DNA of 64,000 nucleotides from Eledone cirrhosa (lineage: Eukaryota), in the NCBI GenBank assembly GCA_964016885.1, contig OZ024741.1:382168001-382232000 (forward strand), written 5' to 3'. Of the stretch, positions 1-12,817 are shown piece after piece; position 1 is the first letter of the stretch, and every line of letters starts with the position of its first letter. Both the position numbers and the translations under genes were made by a program. The notes under the pieces are model-generated. The model was not told the origin of the DNA. It made no database searches and worked only from the letters and a program-made list of their open reading frames with translations.

Positions 1-1636
1 GTTACTACTGGTATGGGAAGCGTGTTTATGGCATCGAACTTATTCCTTGCATTTAATTCCGTTCTTAAGATTGCTCTTACTCTGCGGTAACATTCCTTCC
101 TTATCCTTTCCCTCATTGTTGAGTGATTGATTCCGTCTCCTTCACAAACACCTAGATATTTGTAAGTTTTTTCTTGATCAAGTTCTCTTATCACGTTCCC
201 CCGATCAAGATTAATGTCTGAACTCTTCAGCAGCTTTCCTGTGGTGAATGTTGCTTTAGCGCATTTATCTTGTCCAAACTCCATTTTAATGTCATCACTG
301 AACTGTTCCACAGTGGATAATAGCCATTGCAATTGTTCATCATTTTTTGCAAATAGTTTCAGGTCATCCATGTAGAACAAGTGATTAATGGTTTTGTCAT
401 AGACTCTATATCCATGTATAATTTCATTGAGCATTTTACTTAATGGTATAAATGCGATGCAGAATAAAAGCGGTGATAAAGAGTCACCCTGAAAAATTCC
501 ACAATTAATATTAACTTCTCCAGCTTCCAGTGATTTTGTTTCACTATTCAAAAGGAGTGTCGTTTTCCATCCCTTCATACTGAATGACAAAAATCTCCTG
601 ACAACGCGGGATATTTTGAAAATCTCTAAACATTTTTCAATCCAACAGTGTGGCAAACTATCGAATGCTTTTTTATAATCTATCCAAGCAATCGATAGAT
701 TTTTCTGTCTATTATGACAATCTTCCAGTATCATTTTGTTATCCAAAAGCTGATCCTTACAGTCATATGAGTCTCGTTTACACCCTTTCTGCTCAATGGT
801 AAATAGGTCATTTTCTATCAGGTGGTCATATGTGTATTCAGTTAGGACTGATGTTAAAATGTTATACATTGTGGTCAAACAAGTTATCGGTCTGTAATTT
901 TTGGGATTGTTTATCTCATCATTCTTCGGAAGCAGGAATGTAATGCCGTTAACTAGCCATGATGGTATCTTTTCTGTCACATTAACTATTTTATTGTAAA
1001 GTTGGGCTAACAGCTCATGAGACTCTGTGAAGGCATTTATCCAAAAAATTGTATTTTGTCTTTTCCTGGGGATTTCCATTTGCTGGCCTTTCTTAGAGCC
1101 AAGCGCAACTGTTCAACTGTTATATTTTCCCATATTTGTTCCTCAAGGTGAGTTGTATCTTTCATTTGTCTGTCTATCCATGGGGCATGTATGTTATGAA
1201 CTTTTTCTTCGGCCCAGATCTTTTCCCAGAATTCTTGCACTTCCTCCTTGGGTGGTATTGATTTAGTAGTTATTGTTAACTTACCAATTTTTCTGTAGAA
1301 CTTTCTTTGGTTGTTTTTGAACATATTATTGTCCTTATAGAATCTAGATCGTTTTTTAAAGCGCCTTATACGAGCAGCTTTGGCCGACACTTTTTGCTTG
1401 ATTATTTCTATCAGCATGTCTATGTCACTTGTTGATTTTATACTGTGCTTTCTTTTCAATTTTCTAAGTTTATTTGTTTAACATGTTCACCTACTTTATA
1501 GTTTGCTAAAATTTCTGTCAGATCGGAGAAGGTTTATTTGGCAATTGATGTTCTCTTGCCAAGTAGATTTATTGTGGGAATTCCTTTGTTTTTTCATCTT
1601 CACTCCACATAAGTGAGTGGTGACTTTAGCCGATGC
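1..1636 (-). mobile_element. R4/Dong-type RLE non-LTR retrotransposon, family A, copy 1 (5'-truncated, decayed; continues beyond window start)
   Basis: Minus-strand RT motifs ([37 protein letters not shown]) colinear with the copy at 1673-5269; 5' end abuts a (TAA)n tract. Confidence 0.9.
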
Positions 1637-1643
1637 TTATTAA

Positions 1644-1672
1644 TATTATTATTATTATTATTATTATTATTA
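1644..1672. repeat. (TAA)n microsatellite; 3' tail/target between family A copies
   Basis: tattattatt... run directly between the 3' UTR of copy 2 and the truncated 5' end of copy 1. Confidence 0.95.
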
Positions 1673-4600
1673 CAGTTGCATTTATCTTGCTTTATGTTCA
1701 TACGAGTTATCACCAAGTCACAACCAGTGACCTCAAGAGACAACAAGGTCCGCCATGTTCAAGAAAGAACATACATATTCACACATGCATCTTTAGTGTT
1801 TAGACTTGTGATGTACTTATATTGACAGAATCTTCCTTAGTATATGGGCAGTTCCCATTAGTACTATCTTTTGTATTTCTCCTATACGCGGGTTTCCTGG
1901 GATTTGCGATAAGTAATCATTAGACCCATTAGGTATCATTCCCAGAGCGCCTACAACCACTGGTAGTTTTAGTTCTCAATTTCCACTTTTTCCAATTTCT
2001 ATCTCGAGGTCCTTATACTTGCTCAATTTTTCAAATGTTTTTATAGATACATTCTTGTCTATTGGAACAGACATATCAATTAGCAGGCATACCCTCTTTT
2101 GAAAGTCTTTCAATATTATATCAGGTCTGTTTGCATCTATTTTTCGGTCTGTTTGGATGCTAAAGTTCCACAAGATTGAGATGTGATCTTTTTCAAGTAT
2201 GTGAGGTGGTTGATGCTCCCACCAATTCTTTTGATGGGGCAGGTCAAAATGCTTACACATTATCCAATGTATGTATTGTGCAGCTCTGTCATGCCTGTTT
2301 AGGTATTCGTTTGGAGCTATAGGACTGCACATTGAAATTATATGGTCAATGGTCTCTGGTTGTTTTTTGCATACACGGCATAATGGGCTGCACCCATTTT
2401 TTATTATGTTGGCTTGGTAATTTTTTGTTGGCAGACACTGATCTTGTGCCGATATAATCAGTCCTTCAGTCTCCGATTTCAGTCCAGAGGATGCCAACCA
2501 GGATTGTTAGCTCGCTCTAGGTATTTTCCATACAGCTTTTCTTGCCATTTCTTAGCCAGTTTCCGTAGCAGTTCTTTCTTTGCAGTTACTTTTACCTGCT
2601 TTGCTTTTACTGTGTTTTCCATTTCAGCAGTAAATGGCATTTCTGAAATTTGTAGTCCATTACTGTATCTTTGTGCATATTTTGTAATGGAATATGATCT
2701 TATGATGCTTTCGTGTTTCAAAACGAGTTTGATCATCCAATCATGTGATTCCCTTAGATATGTAGATAATCCAATTGTTGCAGTTTTCAACGCAATGTCT
2801 AACTGGATTAACCCACGTCCTCCTTCTTTCCTAGGGAGATATATTCTATCTATATCTGCCTTAGGGTGATGCATTCTGTGCATGGTTAAGAATTTTCGAA
2901 TTTTTGTATCGAGCCTACGGATCTCTGTGCTTGACCAGTTGATGACATTGTAACTGTAGGTTACTACTGGTATCGCAAGCCTTTTATGGCATCGATCCTA
3001 TTCCCTGCATTCAATTCCGTTCTTAAGATTGCTCTTACTCTGCGGTAACATTCCTTCCTAATCCTTTCCCTCATTGTCGAGTGCTTGATTCCGTCTCCTT
3101 CACAAACACCTAGATATTTGTAAGTTTTTTCTTGATCAAGTTCTCTTATCACGTTCCCCAGATCAAGATTAATCTCTGAACTCTTCAGCAGCTTTCCTCT
3201 GGTGAACGTTTCTTTGGCGCATTTATCTAGTCCAAACTCCATTTTAATGTCATCACTGAACTGCTTCACAGTGGATAATAATAGCCCTTGCAATTGTTCA
3301 TCATTTTTTGCAAATAGTTTCAGGTCATCCATGTAGAACAGGTGATTAATGGTTTTGTCATAGACTTTATATCCATGTTTTGTTTCATTGAGCATTTTAC
3401 TTAATGGTATAAGTGCGATGCAGAATAAAAGCGGTGATAAAGAGTCACCCTGAAAAATTCCACAATTAATATTAACTTCTCCAGCTTCCAGTGATTTTGT
3501 TTCACTATTCAAAAGGAGTGTCGTTTTCCATGTCTTCATACTGAATGACAAAAACCTACTGACAACGGGGGATACTTTGCAAATCTCTAAACATTTTTCA
3601 ATCCAACTCTGTGGCAAACTATCAAATGGTTTTTTTATAATCTATCCAAGCAATCGATAGATTTTTCTGTCTATTATGACAATCTTCCAGTATCATTTTG
3701 TTAACCAGAAGCTGATCCTTACAGCCATATGAGCCTCGTTTACACCCTTTCTGCTCAATGGGAAATAGGTCATTTGTTATCAGGTGGTCATATGTGTATT
3801 CAGTTAGGACTGATGTTAAAATTTTATACATTGTGGTCAAGCAAGTTATCGGACTGTAATTTTTGGGATTGTTTGTCTCATCATTCTTCGGAAGCAGGAA
3901 TGTAATGCCGTTAACTAGCCATGATGGTATCTTTTCTGGCTCCTTAACTATTTCATTGTAAAGTTGGGCTAACAGCTCATGAGACTCTGTGAAGGCATTT
4001 ATCCAAAAGTTTTGTATTTTGTCTTTTCCTGGGGATTTCCATTTGCTGGTTTTTCTTAGAGTCAAGCGCAACTGTTCAACAGTTATATTTTCCCATGTTT
4101 GTTCCTCAAGTTGAGTTGTATCTTTCATTTGTCTGTCTATCCATGGGGCATGTATGTTATGAACTTTTTCTTCGGCCCAGATCTTTTCCCAGAATTCTTG
4201 CACTTCCTCCTTGGGTGGTATTGATTTAGAAGTTATTGTTGACTTACCAATTTTTCTGTAGAAGTTTCATTGGTTGTTTTTGAACATATTATTGTCCTTA
4301 TAGAATCTAGATCGTTTTTCAAAGCGCCTTATACGAGCTGCTTTGACCGACACTTTTTGCTTGATTATTTCTATCAGCATGTCTATGTCACATGTTGATT
4401 TTATACTGTACTTTTTTTTCAATTTTCTAAGTTTAGTTTGTTTAACATGTTCACCTACTTTATAGTTTGTTAAAATTTCTATGTCAGATCGGAGAAGGTT
4501 TATTTGGCGATTGATGTTCTCTTGCCAAGTAGATTTCTTGTGGGAATTCCTTTGTTTTTTCATCTTCACTCCACATAAGTGAGTGGTGACTTTAGCCGAT

Positions 4601-5269
4601 GCATAATAGAGATGATTTAAATCAGTAATGTTTAGTTTGTTTGTGATGATAATGTTTTTGAGAATTATGTTAGTCTTGTGTATTATCTTTTGGTTCGTTT
4701 GGAGTTCTGGATCTTAGGGAGGGTGCTCGTTGCCCCATGTCAGATTCTTTCATTTTCATCCATTCGATCATAATTTCATCCTTCAAGTTGGCAAATTTAT
4801 TCTCATTCATTTCCTTATCATTTACGATCTCATTATTTTCATTTGGAGTTTCATCCTGAGCATGCACTCCCTCAACTTTTTCGATCCTTTCTTTAATGTG
4901 TTCTGTTGCCAGTGATTCCGCCCCAACCCTGGGATTGGAAGTGTTACAGGTTACCTCGTTTTCACTGACACATGTTTCATTTTCCCTTCGCTGACTTTGT
5001 GCTAATACCTTGATCTGATCAATTTCTATATCAGTTAGTAACTTTTTTCTTACAATATTTCTTCGTATATTGGCTAGTTTGTTACTGTCAATATAGCCTC
5101 TGTTTTCGGGATGTTTCTTTTTCCAGTTGGTATATGTCTGTTCTGTATTCCATGTATTTGATGGGTAGTACATGGCAGTGTAGAAAGCCACAAGGACTTC
5201 TTTATTATTTTCCCTTGACCATTTTTCTCTCTTTTTCTTTGGATTTCTTGGTGGTGAGCATCGAGGCAT
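1673..5269 (-). mobile_element. R4/Dong-type RLE non-LTR retrotransposon, family A, copy 2 (near full length, frameshifted)
   Basis: N-terminal KWSRENNKEV..FY..W..KHP..LANIRR domain, RT (ORFs 3622-4203, 2964-3617), CCHC finger CRVC..ETIDHIISMC and RLE RPDIILKD..LIDMSVP..KLSKY (1976-2497), 3' UTR 1673-1816, (TAA)n on both sides. Confidence 0.93.
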
Positions 5270-5294
5270 TATTATTATTATTATTATTATTATT
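5268..5294. repeat. (TAA)n microsatellite between family B 3' end and family A 5' end
   Basis: attattatt... run. Confidence 0.95.
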
Positions 5295-7450
5295 GTTGTT
5301 ATTCCTTGAATCTCAGTCATCGATGTTGGTTAACTGGAAAGTCCGTTGGAATGAATATCAAGCCACTACCTGCAGCCTCAGATATTCAGGACGTATCGGA
5401 GGGTTCTTGCTGTTCCAAGCAAGCATGCCTTTTGAAGCGTTCCAAAAAGCGTGAAAGGGCCGATTTTCTTTAACCATCCCTGGAAACTTTTGGAGATGGT
5501 CCCCAGTGCGCCTATGACAATCGGGATCACTTTGACTTCATGGCATTTCCAAATACTTTTCACCTCCCACTTTAGGTCCCGGTTTCGGTTAATTTTCTCC
5601 CTCTCCTTCTCTTGCACTCTCGTGTCGAAAGGGCAGGCCACATCCACAATCAGACACGATCTTTTTTCTTTGTCCACAACCACCAGATCAGGTCTATTGT
5701 GTTCCAGTTTTTTGTCCGTCTGTATCCTAAAATCCCACAGCACCTTCACCTGATTGTTCTCCATCACCGCCTCTGGCCTATGCTCATACCATTTCTCAGA
5801 ATGTGGTAAACTGTTTACTTTGCACAGGTGCCAGTGTATCACCCTGCCAATCACATCGTGTCTCCAGCCCTTATAGTGGGTCTGGGCTAGGTGTTTACAC
5901 TCGGACACAATGTGAGCCACAGTCTCCTCTCTCTCTCCACAGATCCTGCACAGTGGGCTAGCCTCCTCCTTGTAAATATGGTGCTTCAACCACTTCGTTT
6001 TGAGGGACTGCACCTGCGCAGCCATTAGCATTCCTTCTGTAGCCTTTTTGAGGTCTCCTCTTCTCAACCAGTTCCATGTCTGTAGATCTCTAAATTCAGT
6101 TTTCTCAAAGAAGGTACTATGAAGGGATTTTCCCTTAAGGCTGCTCTTCCTCCTTGATGTTATTTCCTCCTTGGACATCCCCTGGCCTACTGTCCCCTCC
6201 TTCAGTACAGTTCTGAGCATTGGCTCCTTACTATAGGTCACGTATTTGTATAGGTTGTTTTTCTCCATCTGAACACAGTCCTCTATGCTGATAAGACCTC
6301 TTCCACCCTCAGATCTCCTTAGGTAGAGTCTATCGACATCACTCCTCTTGTGGAACATGTTGTAGATAGTCAATAGCTTCCTAGTCTTCCTATCCATTTC
6401 TTTTTGTTCAGCAACATTCCATCTCATAATTCCCGCACTGTACCTAATAATAGACACAGCTCGGGAATTTACTGCGCTTATGGCATTTCTGCTGTTCAGA
6501 TGTGACTTCAATACGCTCCTTACACTCCGAATGTATTCAGTTCTTAACAATTCCTTCATTTTTTTGTTCTTTATGCCATCAGCCTCCAGAACCCCCAAAT
6601 ACTTGTATCCTTCCTCAGAGTCAATTTCCTTTATCATCTCACCTGTTGGTATCTGGATCCCGTTACTTCTGCTCAACCTACCCCTCCTCATCACAATGAC
6701 TCCACATTTACTAATACCAAACTGCATACATATATCACTGGTGAAAATACGGACAGTGTCAACAAGCACATCCAACTCCTTCTCACTTTTCCCGAAGAGC
6801 TTAAAATCGTCCATGAAGAGGAGGTGATTGATGGTAAGCTCTCCCTTTCCCAACTTGTATCCTGCTCTCACTTTTCGCAGCATAATGGTCAAGGGCATCG
6901 GGGCAAGGACAAACAACAGAGGGGACAGGCTATCTCCCTGGAAGATACCTCTATTGATCTTCACGCTTCCCAAGGATACTCCATTTGATGTCAACTCTGT
7001 CTCCCAGGACCCCATACTCCTGCCCAGCAACTGTCTGATGTTATCTGCCACCCTGAAGATCTCCAGGCTTTTGGTGATCCAAGAATGAGGCACCATGTCA
7101 AATGCCTTTCTGTAGTCTATCCATCCCATGGCAAGATCAGTGTGTCTCCTCCTGCAATTCCCCATTACCATCTTATCAATAAGTAACTGGTCCTTTGTAC
7201 CACGTGACTTCTTTCGGCATCCTTTCTGTTCGTCCGGCAACAAGTTGTTTGTGTGGAGGTGATGGTAGATTTCCTCAGACACAATGCTCGTCAACAGTTT
7301 CCACATTACGGACAGACATGTGATAGGTCTATAGTTGGTAACATCATACCCTTGATTCGGTCTTTCATTATCAGAACTGTGGTACCTTTTGTCAACCACT
7401 CTGGCACCTCACCCGACACCAAGCAGTCATTGAACATGGCCGTCAGCTTC
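5295..7450 (-). mobile_element. R4/Dong-type RLE non-LTR retrotransposon, family B (5'-truncated)
   Basis: RT + CCHC + RLE ORF, short 3' UTR 5295-5377, flanked by (TAA)n at 5268-5294 and 7451-7478; clearly diverged from family A at DNA level. Confidence 0.93.
5378..7399 (-). CDS. Reverse transcriptase - CCHC zinc knuckle - restriction-like endonuclease (673 aa open frame of a truncated element; the first ~20 aa are out of frame)
   Basis: [83 protein letters not shown]. Confidence 0.9.
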   Translation of the reverse strand: MVDKRYHSSDNERPNQGYDVTNYRPITCLSVMWKLLTSIVSEEIYHHLHTNNLLPDEQKGCRKKSRGTKDQLLIDKMVMGNCRRRHTDLAMGWIDYRKAFDMVPHSWITKSLEIFRVADNIRQLLGRSMGSWETELTSNGVSLGSVKINRGIFQGDSLSPLLFVLAPMPLTIMLRKVRAGYKLGKGELTINHLLFMDDFKLFGKSEKELDVLVDTVRIFTSDICMQFGISKCGVIVMRRGRLSRSNGIQIPTGEMIKEIDSEEGYKYLGVLEADGIKNKKMKELLRTEYIRSVRSVLKSHLNSRNAISAVNSRAVSIIRYSAGIMRWNVAEQKEMDRKTRKLLTIYNMFHKRSDVDRLYLRRSEGGRGLISIEDCVQMEKNNLYKYVTYSKEPMLRTVLKEGTVGQGMSKEEITSRRKSSLKGKSLHSTFFEKTEFRDLQTWNWLRRGDLKKATEGMLMAAQVQSLKTKWLKHHIYKEEASPLCRICGEREETVAHIVSECKHLAQTHYKGWRHDVIGRVIHWHLCKVNSLPHSEKWYEHRPEAVMENNQVKVLWDFRIQTDKKLEHNRPDLVVVDKEKRSCLIVDVACPFDTRVQEKEREKINRNRDLKWEVKSIWKCHEVKVIPIVIGALGTISKSFQGWLKKIGPFTLFGTLQKACLLGTARTLRYVLNI

Positions 7451-7478
7451 ATTATTATTATTATTATTATTATTATTA
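7451..7478. repeat. (TAA)n microsatellite at the 5' boundary of the array
   Basis: attattatt... run. Confidence 0.95.
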
Positions 7479-7707
7479 CATTTGGTAACGTCTTGGCAAG
7501 GACTATCAAGTAATTCTTTAGCCATCACTCTCTATGACGGGTTAGTGATAAGAGTTTGTTCGTACCTCGGTACGAAACAAATATCATATAGAAGATTATT
7601 TGGAACGCACATGCTGGAAAGCATGGCGTCCGACTCTCTACCGGTTCTGCTAATCCACCATATAATAATGCATGCATATAGACACACACTGTTACGTATA
7701 ATATATA

Positions 7708-7895
7708 TTTGTTTCTACTTTAGGCACAAGGCCAGCAATTACCCAGTGCATTACTGGTACTTTATTTTATCGACCCCGTAAGGATGAAAGGCAAAGTCAA
7801 CCTCAGCGGGATTTGAACTCAGATCATAAAGGGACGTAACTATGCTGGAAAGCATGGCGTCAAACCCTCTACCGATACTGCCAATCCACCGCCCT
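7708..7895 (-). mobile_element. tRNA-derived SINE (family 1); a partial head copy also lies at about 7610-7660
   Basis: Minus strand: A box tggcagtatcgg, B box gagttcaaatcc, core gcctttcatccttacggggtcgataaaataaagtaccag; matches copies at 10434, 35634 and 53081. Confidence 0.88.
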
Positions 7896-9751
7896 ATAAT
7901 TTACGTTACGTATAATATATATTGAGAGATAAGTGTATGTGTAGGTATGTATGTGCTGTGTGTGTGCTTGTGTGTGTGCACAAGTTTGAATATCGGCATT
8001 TGAAATTGTGTTGTATGTAGTACGTGCGTTTCAGAGCACTGTACGTAGATTAAGCTATAGGAAGCTTAAAGTGAGAACGTAGAACATAATAAAATGCAAT
8101 AAGTGAGAAAAAAACTGTTTATATGTTTATATGTTTATATGTCTGCATTCTTTTAAAATAACTTTGTTCATAAGACTCTCACCAAATATCTAAGACTATC
8201 ACCAAATAGCTAAACATTCATTATTCTATCATCAGGACAAACTAATTTCTTGGGTTGTTACATCATGTGACGTCAAGGTTTCCTTGACTTAATCACTCAA
8301 CTTTTCTATATGTTTTACTCTATTACACATCAACGTATGATAAGTGACAGCTGGGTCGGTAGGATTGTATTGAATTCTACTCAGGTAAATTACGTAATAC
8401 GAATTAATAAAATACATTTCAGTGATTCGTTATGTTTGGAGATGTTTATTTTGCAATGTTCTTCAATAAAGACACTGGCACTTATTTATTATTTGTTATT
8501 GGTCATTTGATTCACTCTTCCATCGCGCAATTTGTGATCTCATCGATGACTGTTTCTTTTTCTCTGAGTCTTCTCTTCTTTTTGCTCTCATATCGTATAC
8601 TCAATTTTGCAACAGAAATACATAAACGTAAGTGTTACTTGCTTGTTTATTATTATTTTTTTTTCTTCGTAAATGAGATGTAATGAATCAAACGCTTCGG
8701 AAAAAATAACTTGTTTGGAGGGGAGTTTATACGGACATACACATACCTCAGGCATAGTACTGTGTACGTTATATCCAGACCTGTATAATGTTTCCCTTCG
8801 AAGGAAGACATAGTTTCCGAAAGATTGGCATTTTCAATCCAAACGGTAAATCAATTCACAGAACTGTATTGTATTCTACTAGCTTGCCATAGATTTTAAG
8901 TTACTGTACTTTGTTATAATCGACTTGCTTGCACTATATCATTTTTGACAGAGTAATGAGGTAATATCCTGGCTCACACATTCCTGTATAATACAGGAGT
9001 TTATTAGATCTATGTTTTAATATATCATATATGGCATTTTTCTCAAATATATATATATGTGTCAGAATAGTTAAACTGTATTAATAAGATATAGGACTGT
9101 CATTGTAGTCCTTCTCAAGGAGATACTCTATTTATATGATATGTTCAAACTTCATAATTCAAGATAGGTGAAGCCTAAACAATTGGGCAGAATAAGAGCT
9201 ACCATAGAATAAAATGAAAAAAAAGAAAACAAACACATTGGCTTTTATAATGTTTGATATTGAAAAACATAATGTTCAATGACTTCAAATTATATGGCTA
9301 TTCACGCATACACAAATATGCGAACATCCTCAAATTTACATCACTTTCCTTCTATCTACCATTATCCAACTCACTCTAACGTTCCACCTCTCTCTCTCTG
9401 TTTATTTCTTTCCTTTAACTATCATGACACATACATACATATAACTAAAAAGAATCTAATCTACACAAACACGGACAAACACACCACGCACTCACAGGCA
9501 ACCACACACACACACACGGACATATATTTAGCTAGAAAAATGTTATAGTAAATTCATCCATATGTGTACCTAAATAAGTGAAAATGTTTTCGTTGCGGTT
9601 ATTGTTATTGCCCTCAGACGAAAGTATATTCCGGCTTAGCAACTTTCGACTAAATTTCTAATATCCGTGAGCAGTGTGCCGTGAAGTGCAGTGTTTATAG
9701 TCCTTACATTTTATCTACCGGCGAAAATAATATCACAACCACACACGCACA

Positions 9752-9850
<99 letters not shown>

Positions 9851-9962
9851 TCTCTCTCTCTCTCTCTCTCCCTCTCACACACACACACATGTATATGTGA
9901 GTGTGTTTCTGTGCGTGAGTGTATGTAATAATATATATATATAAATATGTATGTATATATAT

Positions 9963-10025
<63 letters not shown>

Positions 10026-10152
10026 GTATATATATATGTATGTGTGTGTGTGTGCGTGTGTGTGTATGTATCTGTGTGTAGCGCGTGTGTGCGTGTGTGT
10101 GTATGTGTGTACGTGTGTGTGCGTGTGTGTGCGTGCGTGCGTGTGTGTGTGT
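9752..10152. repeat. Compound microsatellite (CT)n-(CA)n-(TA)n-(TG)n
   Basis: Direct reading. Confidence 0.95.
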
Positions 10153-10433
10153 TTATGCAAATTTATATAGGTATGTATGTGTATATGTATGCACGTGTTT
10201 ATGTAGTGTTATTTTTTTTCATATGTGTTGTGCTATCGTGTAACGCCAATATACTTCTGTCCAAATTGACCTATGATGGAAGACATTCGAGCTATGAACA
10301 TGTGTGTGCGCCTATATTGCATGTTACCAACTTTAAATATTTATATTGTAAATGTTTTATTGAAAATGTTATTGGTATATATCAAAGTAATGCGTGCGAT
10401 CTATATTTTTCAAGCTATATTATGACTACTATT

Positions 10434-10623
10434 CGGATTGGCAGTATCGGTAGAGGGTCGAGTGCCATGCTTTGAAGCATAGAGTTACCTCCCTTTATGA
10501 TCTGAGTCCAAATCCCGCCGAGGTTAACTTTGCCTTTCATCCTTACGGGGTCGATAAAATAAAGTACCAGTAATGCACTGGGATAATTGCTGGCCTGGTG
10601 CCAAATGTAGAAACAATTATTAT
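10434..10623 (+). mobile_element. tRNA-derived SINE (family 1)
   Basis: ggattggcagtatcggtagag...gagtccaaatcccgccgagg...gcctttcatccttacggggtcgataaaataaagtaccag...gtagaaacaattattat. Confidence 0.88.
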
Positions 10624-10888
10624 GAGTATATTATATAATAGGAGAGAAGCAGTATTTTAATAATAATTTGACGTATATTTACATATGTGTGTGTTTTAGA
10701 ATTGAAACGGTTATTGCTGCATCAGTTGTGATTGTTTTGATTTAACGTAGTTTGAGCATGAAACATTTCTCACACGTATATTATTTAATAGATCTGTAAA
10801 CGTCTAAACATTTTAACTCTTAATTCTTCAAAAAATAACACACGCTCACACAGACACACTTGGCCACAGACGCAAGCAAATACGCATA

Positions 10889-10955
<67 letters not shown>

Positions 10956-11912
10956 TCAGCGAGAATCGCATTTCGGTGGGTAGAAAAAGCGAAATGCAAC
11001 GCATATTCCGAGTCATGCTGCCAAAGGCTCCATGGGCTAAAGAGACCAGAGCAATAAATATAGGTTATAAAGGCCATACAAACTGAGAAGGCGGTGAAGA
11101 AGCCATTAACCACCTAAGCCAAAGAAACGGGTCAAGCTGAACGGGTCAGACAAAATAAATAACATATTCACCCGGACCCCTGGAATTGATGGTATGATCC
11201 AGTACAGGGTTTCTGCGACACCTAAATCAATAATACTGTCTGCTTAAAACAATAAGCTTTTGGTTTAATGATCGAACGAAGAATATCACGTTATCAACGG
11301 GTATTTTGTTCTACGCCAGTGTTGTGGATGGCACAGTGTTTTGTAAAAGCACATGTGTAACTCACAGGGGAAAAACCCCAGATTTTGGCAAATGAATTGA
11401 GTATGTGGAAATCCATCCAACATGGGCTAAAAACACCAGAGCAATAAACATAGGCTAAGCCAAAAAAACGAGTCAAGCTAAACATGATAGACAAAATAAA
11501 TGATATACACATATATATATATATATATACAGTTCAAGAGTAACCAATCTTAAAGAGAGAGATGGAGATAGGAGAGGAGATAGGAGAGGAGAGATTGGTG
11601 AATTAGTTAGAAGCCAAAGCGTGAAGGCATGTGCTCAATGTGCAATATGCAGTGGAAGGCAGCTAGGTGGCTGGGTTCATGCAGAGGTTAGGTGCACAGA
11701 GCTGGAACTATACATTAGTTAAGCAAAACAAGACCACAGATTTCACAAGGCAGATCATAGGCAGATCTCACACAATGCAGACTCGACAGAAGAATACTGC
11801 TCCACTATGGCAGACAATTGATATACCCAGAACACCATAGTGAAATACCAACATATGGAATATTACATTTATGCAACATTCTTTCTTTATTTTAATTTAT
11901 ATTCCTATGGAA

Positions 11913-12031
11913 GTTCCGATGAGGTGCTCTATTTCTACCTATGTTAATTATTTTCAACTGAACCAGATCAATAATGATATATAATCATTTGATCCATAAA
12001 TATTATATGGAGTAGCGAAACAATTGTAAAC
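11913..12031 (+). ncRNA. Degenerate hammerhead ribozyme motif with long stem II insert
   Basis: gtt-CCGATGA-(tgctct...ggagta)-c GAAAC aatt GTA-aac; core has U>C versus CUGAUGA. Confidence 0.5.
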
Positions 12032-12113
12032 GGACATAATTATTATTAATATTATTATTATTATTCTCAACATTCCTTACATCAAACTAAAATATGTTGA
12101 CAATCTTTTAATA

Positions 12114-12201
<88 letters not shown>

Positions 12202-12730
12202 GGAAATCAGTAAAATCGAACCTCTGGCGATTTGCAAGTAAATTCGGCATACTTATATGAAGTGATGAGTTAGCAAAGCACTCGATAAGATAGGTCTCAG
12301 AGTTATAACATACGTTTAAATAGCTTGACAAATCGAACATTGTGGTAGGCTAAACTAACACACAATATATACCAATGGAACTAATCAGGTTGAGAAAAAT
12401 ACACCTGAACAAATCAAACGGGCATACGTTTAAAGTGTTTCTCTGAATCCGAAATCAAATATCAGACTTACTTGAATGGCAAGATCGTGGTATTGGTGAC
12501 TGAACAGAGGACTCAGTTTATCAACAGGTTTTCGTTCTGCTTAGAATCAGGAGTGATAAATATGGTGCCGCTCGTATGGCTGCTAATCGAATCTATAGTT
12601 ATCACGTGTTAATTCCGGCAAGGGAAATAACCCCTGGTTTTTGGCGGGTCAATTCAAATGCTAGCGAATGGAAATATTTTAATTTCCGCTAATCATCATG
12701 ATAAGCTCTCGACTAGATGTTATAAATCTA

Positions 12731-12817
<87 letters not shown>

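Noticed and set aside
4670-5320. Apparent shared N-terminus MTEIQGITTIIIIIII (also 59367-59693)
   Set aside because: Read-through of the family B 3' UTR and (TAA)n into family A; a junction artefact with no evidence of translation.
10605-10623. SINE family 1 as partner of the TAA-targeting LINEs
   Set aside because: The SINE tail is (ATT)n on its own strand while the LINE tail is (TAA)n, and I see no 3' sequence similarity.
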